Origin: a virus
Taxonomy: Duplodnaviria > Caudoviricetes
IMG/VR virus record: IMGVR_UViG_3300028667_000050
Coordinates: 1-64,000 of that record
DNA: 64,000 nt
Direction: 5' to 3' (one strand)
Position 1 is the first letter of the stretch. The number at the start of each line of letters is the position of its first letter. This document shows positions 39,638 through 47,574 of this stretch, piece after piece. The position numbers were made by a program, and so were the translations under genes. The notes under the pieces were generated by a model. That model was not told the origin of the DNA. It did no database searches and saw only the letters and a program-made list of their open reading frames with translations.

Positions 39638-40183
39638 TTAATACTTTATTTCGGAAAATTCTTTCATTAAAATTTTTTTTACCCTTTTAATTTTATCCCG
39701 CATGGTGTTTCGCGGCATGCCAATTTTGTCCGCTATGGCTTCTTCATTTGCACCGTTCAATTTAAGAGTTCCAATAAGGGTTGACTGTGACATAAGCTCA
39801 TTGGCGCTTTTGAGCAGCTGCTCAAAGATGACTTTGTTAGTGGCCAGCTCGTCTGTACCTAAAGCGTTGTCATCAGGGATGATATCAAGTAAAGGAACTC
39901 TTTCTCCATCGTGGGTGTCCATGGGTTCATCCAAGGAACAAAACTTACCGGGCGTGGCGTATTGGCATAGTCCACAATGCCCATCACACTTCCAGAGAAG
40001 CTTGGTCGGGCAGATGCATTGCCCATGACTGCGGGCTTGTTTCTGTACTCGCCAGATTTCTGGGTAGATGCCACGGTATACTTCTTCGGAAATTGGTATG
40101 AGGGTTATCTTGCGAGGATTATCGCAGTCTCTCATGGGGAAATACCTTTGTTTTTGTTGACGTTGGTTTTCTTTTTTTGCCAT
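39638..40183 (-). CDS. Sigma-70 region-4-like regulator with Cys cluster
   Basis: CICP...CDGHCGLCQY, SLDEP, C-terminal HTH EEAIADKIGMPRNTMRDKIKRVKKIL. Confidence 0.75.
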   Translation of the reverse strand: MAKKENQRQQKQRYFPMRDCDNPRKITLIPISEEVYRGIYPEIWRVQKQARSHGQCICPTKLLWKCDGHCGLCQYATPGKFCSLDEPMDTHDGERVPLLDIIPDDNALGTDELATNKVIFEQLLKSANELMSQSTLIGTLKLNGANEEAIADKIGMPRNTMRDKIKRVKKILMKEFSEIKY

Positions 40184-40626
40184 GTTGTTTTCTCCTTTTG
40201 GGACTATGCCCGAAGCGGAGATAACCTATATGGCTGCCAGAAATATTTTTCATAGATGGTCACCTTTTGCGGATTATTCCGCTTCATAATTGGTGACCAG
40301 CAGTTCGTATGCTGGCACGATATTAAATTTATGACCATAACAACAACTACGAACGCACCTCATGGCCATGGGGAAGGTGAGTTGCTGTTTAGGTAGGTAG
40401 ATTAATGTCTTGCCTAGGACAAGACTGCAAAAGTGATAATTCAAATTTGCGATAAAATATTTGCGAACGTGATGTAAATATTCACGTATACAGTAGAAAA
40501 ATACATAACTATGTGCTATAATTAAAAAGTAAATTTGTCTCTAAAAATACTTTTTGTCAGAAAGCAGTGGTTTGCTGCTTCCAAAATTAAGTATAGAAAA
40601 TTGGGCTGGTACGTTTGGGTACCGGC

Positions 40627-40662
40627 GGATATGCTCGGATATGATTGGATATGATTGGATAT
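40627..40662 (+). repeat. Four GGATAT repeats at 10-bp spacing
   Basis: Copies at 40627, 40637, 40647 and 40657, immediately before the RBS of 40676. Confidence 0.9.
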
Positions 40663-40675
40663 AGAGGTGTTTAAA

Positions 40676-41812
40676 ATGACATTTAGTGAGTTTGCGCAGA
40701 TTTTATACTCAGTGATTGGTTCCGGTAGCAACACCAGTGCCTTCGCTCGTACACTGCTTGATACCATTGTTATTTATGAGGATGAGGAGTTGAATCCGAT
40801 TCAGGAATTAAAGCGTCCGACCTTCAAGGCATACTACAATGGAACAAACAACATCACGAAAACAGCAAAAAAAATAAACGCCAATGTGGAGACATCAGCG
40901 TTTGAAGAATATATTGATACTTTCCCGGATAATGCTGTTCAAGCACTCTGCGGCGCTTTTGAAGAAGATATACCAGATATTACACCATATAATGCAAACC
41001 AGAAACTGGCAGAGTTGTTTGCTTCTATTATTTACGAAGCAGCCGCAGGAAAATCAAAGGATGTAGGTAAGAAGAAAATGAGCGAGGAAAAGACTACCTC
41101 CGTACATGGTAAACTGGCTGAGAAGGTTCTCCCTTCTGATGAGGCAATGGCAAAGGCAGGAGCAGTAGAGGAATTGGCGGAGGAACAAAAACGGCCTGCT
41201 AAAGCAAAAAGCGATCCTGTATTAAAGCCAAAATTGCTTTCCAGTGAGGATAATGCAATGCTCATAACGTTCAGAGAGAATGTAAAGGGCATTCTGAAAT
41301 ATTGCATAGAGCATGACCCAGCGGCTCAGCGAATTAGAATCAGTCTTGCAGATGAATTACATGACGTATATAGGAAGTGGCAATATGACCTGCGTGAAAT
41401 TGAGGATGATGCTTTTCGTCAGCTTGTAATAGACACAATACAGACGTTGGAGAAATATTCCTATTATGTATCCGATGTTTTTTTGCAACTGATTCCTGGA
41501 ACTGATAAGCTGTGTTTTAGGAACGGATCTGCAGAAGAAGGAGACCGTTTAAGAGATGTGCTTAGGCCGAAATCAAATGAATTGCGGCTTGCAATTGCAG
41601 AATTATATAGAAGACTGTATCCAATTAAGGAGGAGGCAAAGCCGGATGAGCCGGAGCTAGTCGAATCAGAGGTCGTGGATGAAGAATCATCCTGTGCCGC
41701 AGATACAACAGACAAGGACGCAAAGACTAAGACAATCAACAATCATACCACTGTAAACCAGTATGGTGAAAAGAATGTTCATATAGACTATGTTGAAAAT
41801 CTGAAACTATGA
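40676..41812 (+). CDS. Uncharacterised protein; possible N-terminal DNA-binding domain; C-terminal TVNQYGEKNVHIDYVEN motif
   Basis: Intact ORF; acidic linker before the terminal motif; first gene of the defence operon. Confidence 0.75.
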   Translation: MTFSEFAQILYSVIGSGSNTSAFARTLLDTIVIYEDEELNPIQELKRPTFKAYYNGTNNITKTAKKINANVETSAFEEYIDTFPDNAVQALCGAFEEDIPDITPYNANQKLAELFASIIYEAAAGKSKDVGKKKMSEEKTTSVHGKLAEKVLPSDEAMAKAGAVEELAEEQKRPAKAKSDPVLKPKLLSSEDNAMLITFRENVKGILKYCIEHDPAAQRIRISLADELHDVYRKWQYDLREIEDDAFRQLVIDTIQTLEKYSYYVSDVFLQLIPGTDKLCFRNGSAEEGDRLRDVLRPKSNELRLAIAELYRRLYPIKEEAKPDEPELVESEVVDEESSCAADTTDKDAKTKTINNHTTVNQYGEKNVHIDYVENLKL

Positions 41813-42465
41813 ACGGAGATGCACCTATGAAGAATGAATTGCAGATGGCAGCTAGCATCAACACCTTGCCAGCAAAGACAGTAAATCAGTATGGTAAAAA
41901 GAATGTACATATTGATAAGGCCGAAAATGTAACACAGAATATAATCTTGAGTCTTCCATATGTGCAGAGAATGGCGAATGGAGCGATGCAGCCGACTAGC
42001 AGAGTTATCAATTCGGAATATTACAATTTGTTTGTGATTGGAGATGAGACCTTTGAACACGACCATTTCCTTGTTCCGGCAGAACGGGCGCTATCAAAGG
42101 GCTGGACATCAGATAAAATAAGGGAACATTATGGAACGTTATCCGAAGAATCCATTGAGGTTATCAAAACATTTCCTGCGCTATTTATGCCAGAGGCGCA
42201 GTGGCAAAGTGCAAGACCTGGAGAAGGCCAACAGGTGTTCTTTGGTTTTGTGGATGGCATAAGAAAACAGGACAATGGAATAAAAATACAATGTCAGTTG
42301 ATTTGGCCTATACCCATGCAGCAGATAAGCAATATTGGTTTTGAACTTGGCATGTTAAACATGACGAGGGAGATATCAGAAATGAATCACACCCATTGGG
42401 CTATCAAGCATATCAACTTGAAGGAAGAACTGACCGATGCACATATTTCTCTATTAGGATTCTGA
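41809..42465 (+). CDS. Uncharacterised protein with N-terminal TVNQYGKKNVHIDKAEN motif and C-terminal EMNHTHWAIK domain
   Basis: Intact 218-aa ORF with ATGA overlap to the upstream gene. Confidence 0.75.
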   Translation: MNGDAPMKNELQMAASINTLPAKTVNQYGKKNVHIDKAENVTQNIILSLPYVQRMANGAMQPTSRVINSEYYNLFVIGDETFEHDHFLVPAERALSKGWTSDKIREHYGTLSEESIEVIKTFPALFMPEAQWQSARPGEGQQVFFGFVDGIRKQDNGIKIQCQLIWPIPMQQISNIGFELGMLNMTREISEMNHTHWAIKHINLKEELTDAHISLLGF

Positions 42466-42479
42466 CGGGAGGTGAAAGT

Positions 42480-44765
42480 ATGAGGGACAAACTTACGGCA
42501 GAAATAAGAAAACTGAGTTTGAATGATGCATCCTACAAAGGATGTGGGGTATCGATTGTACCGACCTATGTGAACTTCTTCTTTGGTAATAATGGCACGG
42601 GAAAATCCACCATAGGTAAAGCGATAAAGGTAGATAACGGTGTAGAATGGCAGCAGGGGTACTTGGCTTCAGATTACAAAATACATGTTTATAATCTGGA
42701 TTACATCAGCGCCAATTTGCACAACTACCATAATCTTCATGGCGTTTTTACTGTGAATGAGGTTAATGTCACTATTCAGGCAAATGTCGATGAAAAGCTG
42801 GCACAAAAGGAAAAAGCGTCTACAGCTTTTGCTGAAGCTGGCGATGCGAAAACGAAGAAAACTTCCGCATTGCAAGAGGCATTGGAACGGTTCCAACAGG
42901 AATGCTGGGAGAAAACAACCGACCTACGTGCAAAATTCAGGAAAACACAAGTGAACAGGATGCAAAAGAAATCATTCGCTGAAGGCGTGCTCGAAATCAA
43001 GAATCCTAAAGAGCACGATGTTGATGCTCTGCGTCGCCTCTATGATATAGCTTATTCTGACGATGCAAAAAAATATGAGCTATTTCCATCAGTTGCAAAT
43101 CCAGCAGTTTTGGATGAACTTGAAGGCAGGGATATTCTTGGCAAGAGAATCGTGAGTAGCGCTGACACACCATTTGCTCAGTTCCTAAAGAAAATAAATG
43201 CGGCCAGTTGGGTGCAGCAGAGTCATGAGCAATTTCATAAAGCAGCAGGAAATACCTGCCCGTATTGCCAACAGCATTTGCCGGTTAGCTTTGAGGAGAA
43301 TTTACGAGCCTGTTTTGATTCCAGTTATCAGGAAGCGCAACAAGCCCTGTCCTATTATTATGATGCATACCGAAATGTTGCCAACACGATGGTAGCGCCG
43401 TTGTTTAAGCCACCTGTAGAGCTGATGCCTGAAATCAATATTACACCTTTCACAGATAAGGTGGCCGCCATTAGGGGCGTTATTGCAACAAACCTGCAGA
43501 AGATAAAAGAAAAGATGAATGAGCCAGCAAGCGTTGTTGAAATTGAGAATGTGGCAACAATGTTGGGTGAATTAAAAACTATCATTGCTGGTTTTAACAC
43601 ACTCATTAGAGAGAATAACGTTATCCTCGATACAAAGCAAAAAAAACAGGTAGAATGCAGAATAGCTGTCTGGGAGCATATTGCTTTCTTGTTGGCTGAC
43701 CAGATTAGTCGTTACAAGACAAGCAAGTCCTCCCTGGAGGATGAAATATCTAAGCTGATAACGGAGATTTCAACACAGCGAACAGCAATTAGTACACTGA
43801 CACGTGAAATTGCTGAGCTCAATAAGGACTGTGTGAATACTACATCCACAATTGAGAGCGTAAATATGCTGCTTCGTGATTCCGGATTCCAAGGTTTTAG
43901 CCTTCGGGAAAAAGAAGGAACACTAAATGTTTATGAAGTAGTGAGGCCGGATGGAACTATTGCTGAAAACCTGAGTGAAGGCGAGAGAAACTTTATAGCA
44001 TTTCTGTACTTCTACCATCAGGTAAAGGGCAGTGATAATCCAGATGGCAGCCAGCTCGACAAAATTGTGGTGATTGATGACCCGGTATCAAGTATGGATA
44101 GCAGTGCACTATTTATCGTCAGCGCGCTGGTGCGTGAGATGATTCAGATTTGCGAGAATAATGCTGTGGGCAGTGAACTGGCAACGAAGGCAGACTATAT
44201 CAAACAGATTTTCATTCTGACACATAACGCATATTTTCACAGGGAAATTACCTACAACCAGGTGAAGAATTATTTGTTTGTGAATTTCTATTTGATAAGC
44301 AAGGTTGACAACAAGTCCTCCATCAAACTTTGTAAAAAAACTAACCCGGAAATCATGACCGAGGAAATCAACTACAATTCGGTGCAAAATTCCTATGCGG
44401 CCCTCTGGGAAGAATATAAAGAAATCAATGCACCGATTCCTCTCATGAATGTCATCAGGCGAATACTGGAGTACTACTTCCTTCAGCTTTGCGGCTATGA
44501 TGGAGTAACACTTCGTAAGCGGCTCTTAATTGATAATAAAGATAAGTTCATTACAACAGACGCCAGCGGAAAAGAGAACTTCACTCAATACCAAATGGCG
44601 CATGCGATGCTTTCCTATATTTGCGCTAATTCAGTGGGTATCAATGATGGCATCAATTTCGTAGATGACTGTGTAGATGTAGAACAAACGAAAAAAACCT
44701 TTAGTCTTGTATTTGCGTTAATGGAACAAAAGCAGCACTATGACATGATGATGGGAAATCAGTAA
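42480..44765 (+). CDS. RloC-like ABC ATPase (AAA_13) with zinc hook
   Basis: GNNGTGKST Walker A, CPYCQQ hook, LSEGE signature, VVIDDPVSSMD Walker B, LTHN, C-terminal NVIRRILEYYF. Confidence 0.85.
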   Translation: MRDKLTAEIRKLSLNDASYKGCGVSIVPTYVNFFFGNNGTGKSTIGKAIKVDNGVEWQQGYLASDYKIHVYNLDYISANLHNYHNLHGVFTVNEVNVTIQANVDEKLAQKEKASTAFAEAGDAKTKKTSALQEALERFQQECWEKTTDLRAKFRKTQVNRMQKKSFAEGVLEIKNPKEHDVDALRRLYDIAYSDDAKKYELFPSVANPAVLDELEGRDILGKRIVSSADTPFAQFLKKINAASWVQQSHEQFHKAAGNTCPYCQQHLPVSFEENLRACFDSSYQEAQQALSYYYDAYRNVANTMVAPLFKPPVELMPEINITPFTDKVAAIRGVIATNLQKIKEKMNEPASVVEIENVATMLGELKTIIAGFNTLIRENNVILDTKQKKQVECRIAVWEHIAFLLADQISRYKTSKSSLEDEISKLITEISTQRTAISTLTREIAELNKDCVNTTSTIESVNMLLRDSGFQGFSLREKEGTLNVYEVVRPDGTIAENLSEGERNFIAFLYFYHQVKGSDNPDGSQLDKIVVIDDPVSSMDSSALFIVSALVREMIQICENNAVGSELATKADYIKQIFILTHNAYFHREITYNQVKNYLFVNFYLISKVDNKSSIKLCKKTNPEIMTEEINYNSVQNSYAALWEEYKEINAPIPLMNVIRRILEYYFLQLCGYDGVTLRKRLLIDNKDKFITTDASGKENFTQYQMAHAMLSYICANSVGINDGINFVDDCVDVEQTKKTFSLVFALMEQKQHYDMMMGNQ

Positions 44766-44777
44766 AGGAGAAAGAAA

Positions 44778-44990
44778 ATGCGTATCAGTTATAACAAGCT
44801 ATGGAAAATGCTAATAGATAAAGGTATGAAAAAAAGCGATTTGAAAGAGACTGCAGGAATCAGCTCGGCTTCAATTGCCAAGCTCGGTAAAGGAGAAAAT
44901 ATCACTACAGACGTTTTGATAAAAATTTGCGAGTCAATGAATTGCCATTTAGAGGACATAATGGAGACAATCGAAGATGATGAGTCTTGA
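44778..44990 (+). CDS. Xre/Cro-type HTH regulator (possible R-M controller)
   Basis: ISYNKLWKMLIDKGMKKSDL...IAKLGKGENIT...IC..MNC...DIME. Confidence 0.9.
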   Translation: MRISYNKLWKMLIDKGMKKSDLKETAGISSASIAKLGKGENITTDVLIKICESMNCHLEDIMETIEDDES

Positions 44991-45124
44991 TTACGGTACA
45001 GCGAAAGGAATAAGATTAATCAAATGTTATGATTCTGTAAGGAACTTGAAAAGCATGCATTTGTCTCTTTTAAATCATAGGAATTCTATGCTTAAAATTC
45101 AACCTGCAATTACAGAAAGATGAG

Positions 45125-47572
45125 GTGAAAGTTGTGGCTTTATTGCAAGACCTAATTCAACAAATAGATGATCCGGCACTTCGAAAAAGAATCCTACAGG
45201 AAACAGATAAATTAGTTAAGCAGAAGAAATTCGGACTGGTGTTTGAAGAGCATCTACCTGAATGCACACCTCTTTACGATATGCCTATTCATGTGGGTTC
45301 AAAAGTGGCTTTGAAAACAGGATATGTAAAAGAAATTTATACAGTCTTGAAAATAGATGGAGATGATATCCTGTGCGACGGGAGAGAAACACACGAGCAT
45401 GTTTCTTTCAAAAAAACTGAAATAGTTGTGATAGCGGAATTTGGAGAGCCAATTTATCCGACGTTGAAACCAATTGACTCTGTAGAAAACGCTCCTGATA
45501 GCGAATTGTGGCACACCCTGATTGAGGCAGATAATTATCATGCTCTTCAGCTATTGGAATATCTATATGCTGGAAAAGTTGATTGTATTTACATCGATCC
45601 GCCCTACAACACGGGTGCAAAAGATTGGAAATACAACAATGATTATGTTGATGGTTCTGATGCGTATAGGCATAGTAAATGGCTTTCTTTTATGGAAAAA
45701 CGTTTAAAAATAGCTAAACGATTACTGAATCCTGCTACGGGAGTTATGATTGTAACAATTGACGAACATGAAGTTCATCATCTTAGAGCATTATTGGAAC
45801 AAATAATGCCAGAATTCTATATTCAAATGACAACATATGTTACAAATCCTAAGGGCGTTACTCAAGGTAGATTTTCACGGGTCGAGGAATATGCTTTGTA
45901 TTGCTTCGCACCAAATGCTTTTGTATGTGAAGCTAAAGATAACCTTTTAAATCCTGTAGAAGAAGGTAGAAAACCTAGATGGAAAGGTTTGCTGCGCTCT
46001 GGAACAAATGCAAGAAGAGAAGATAGAAAAAACATGTTTTATCCTGTATACGTAGATAAACAACATAAACGTGTTGTAGGTACTGGAACAAATCTACCTT
46101 ATGAACAGCTACCAGATTTAGATATGAAGAGTGGAGAATATGAATTAGCGTGGCCTATAAGGAGCGATGGAAGTTATGGTAACTGGGGAGTAGGGTATGA
46201 AACCCTTAGAAAATTAATAGACAAGGGGTATGTTTCTTTAGGTAAATACGATACAACTAGAAAAACATGGGCAATCAGTTATATTAGTATCCCTAATCAA
46301 AAATTAATTGATGATGGGAATATTATTATTACTAGTAGAGACTCTAATACCGGTGTTGTAAATATAGAATATGCTAATTCAAATAACAGAGCTATTAAAA
46401 CGGTTTGGTATAGAACGCTACATGATGCAGGAGCATATGGCACAGATTTAGTATCTTCAATTATAGGAAGGTCAAGAACATTTTCTTTTCCAAAGTCAGT
46501 CTATGCGGAAAAAGATGCCATATCAGCTGTTCTTAAAAACAATAAAAATGCGCTCATAATAGATTTCTTTGCAGGTTCTGGAACAACTTTACATGCAGTA
46601 AATATTATGAATTACGAAGATGGTGGTAATAGAAGATGCATCCTTATTACAAACAATGAAGTTTCAAATGATGAGGCAACGGAACTTAAAAAACAAGGTT
46701 TCCAAGCAGGAGATAGAGAGTGGGAAGAGCTTGGTATCGCACATTCTGTTACGTGGCCACGAACAAAAAATAGTATTTTAGGAAAACGTAAGGATGGTTC
46801 TGAACTCCAGAACGAGTATATAACATCTTTAAGCGAAAAAAAGTTTAAACAGCGAAAATTCATTCACGTTGGATATTTTAATAATATAAAAACAATGAAT
46901 AAAAAAGATAAAAAAGCACTCATGTCTCTCTTTGCAAAAGGCATACTTCCACAGAATTTAATTTCAGACGAAACAAAGTTCGTTGTATCTGACAATGAGA
47001 AACATAATATTTCTGTGTTGTTTGATGACGATTATGTTGATGAATGGCTAGATGCGCTGGACGAAATGTTTCATATAACAACTTTTTATATCTTTACAAA
47101 AAATAAAAGTAATTTTGATTCAATAAAAAATAAGATTGATATATTATTGGGTGATATAGAAGAACAAGTACCCTTAAAAATTTCAATGAAAAATGGATTT
47201 AAAACTAATGCTCAATTTTTAAAACTAAGTTTCCTTGATAAAACATCTATAGCATTAGGAAGACAATTCAGAGAACTAATGCCTGTTCTATGGATGAAAG
47301 GCGGAGCTGTTGGTAAATGCCCTCTGCTGAAAAGTAATAGGTTACCCAAGATGCTCATTATTCCCCAAAACAAGATGGCCGTTCTAATTGATGAAACCTG
47401 CTATTCGGAATTTGATGCGGAGTTATCCACTCACACAGAAATTCAAACAATTTTTATTGTTACTGACTCCGAGAGCGCTTATCGGGAAATGATTCGCACC
47501 TATGACAATAAAGATTGCTATCAGCTTTACAGAGACTATTTGGATAATTTCCGTATTAACACAAGGAGGTAA
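45125..47572 (+). CDS. mod: Type III R-M-like modification methylase
   Basis: IEADNYHAL, IYIDPPYNTG, SRHSKW-like RHSKWLSFME, FPKS, DFFAGSGTT. Confidence 0.88.
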   Translation: MKVVALLQDLIQQIDDPALRKRILQETDKLVKQKKFGLVFEEHLPECTPLYDMPIHVGSKVALKTGYVKEIYTVLKIDGDDILCDGRETHEHVSFKKTEIVVIAEFGEPIYPTLKPIDSVENAPDSELWHTLIEADNYHALQLLEYLYAGKVDCIYIDPPYNTGAKDWKYNNDYVDGSDAYRHSKWLSFMEKRLKIAKRLLNPATGVMIVTIDEHEVHHLRALLEQIMPEFYIQMTTYVTNPKGVTQGRFSRVEEYALYCFAPNAFVCEAKDNLLNPVEEGRKPRWKGLLRSGTNARREDRKNMFYPVYVDKQHKRVVGTGTNLPYEQLPDLDMKSGEYELAWPIRSDGSYGNWGVGYETLRKLIDKGYVSLGKYDTTRKTWAISYISIPNQKLIDDGNIIITSRDSNTGVVNIEYANSNNRAIKTVWYRTLHDAGAYGTDLVSSIIGRSRTFSFPKSVYAEKDAISAVLKNNKNALIIDFFAGSGTTLHAVNIMNYEDGGNRRCILITNNEVSNDEATELKKQGFQAGDREWEELGIAHSVTWPRTKNSILGKRKDGSELQNEYITSLSEKKFKQRKFIHVGYFNNIKTMNKKDKKALMSLFAKGILPQNLISDETKFVVSDNEKHNISVLFDDDYVDEWLDALDEMFHITTFYIFTKNKSNFDSIKNKIDILLGDIEEQVPLKISMKNGFKTNAQFLKLSFLDKTSIALGRQFRELMPVLWMKGGAVGKCPLLKSNRLPKMLIIPQNKMAVLIDETCYSEFDAELSTHTEIQTIFIVTDSESAYREMIRTYDNKDCYQLYRDYLDNFRINTRR

Positions 47573-47574
47573 AT

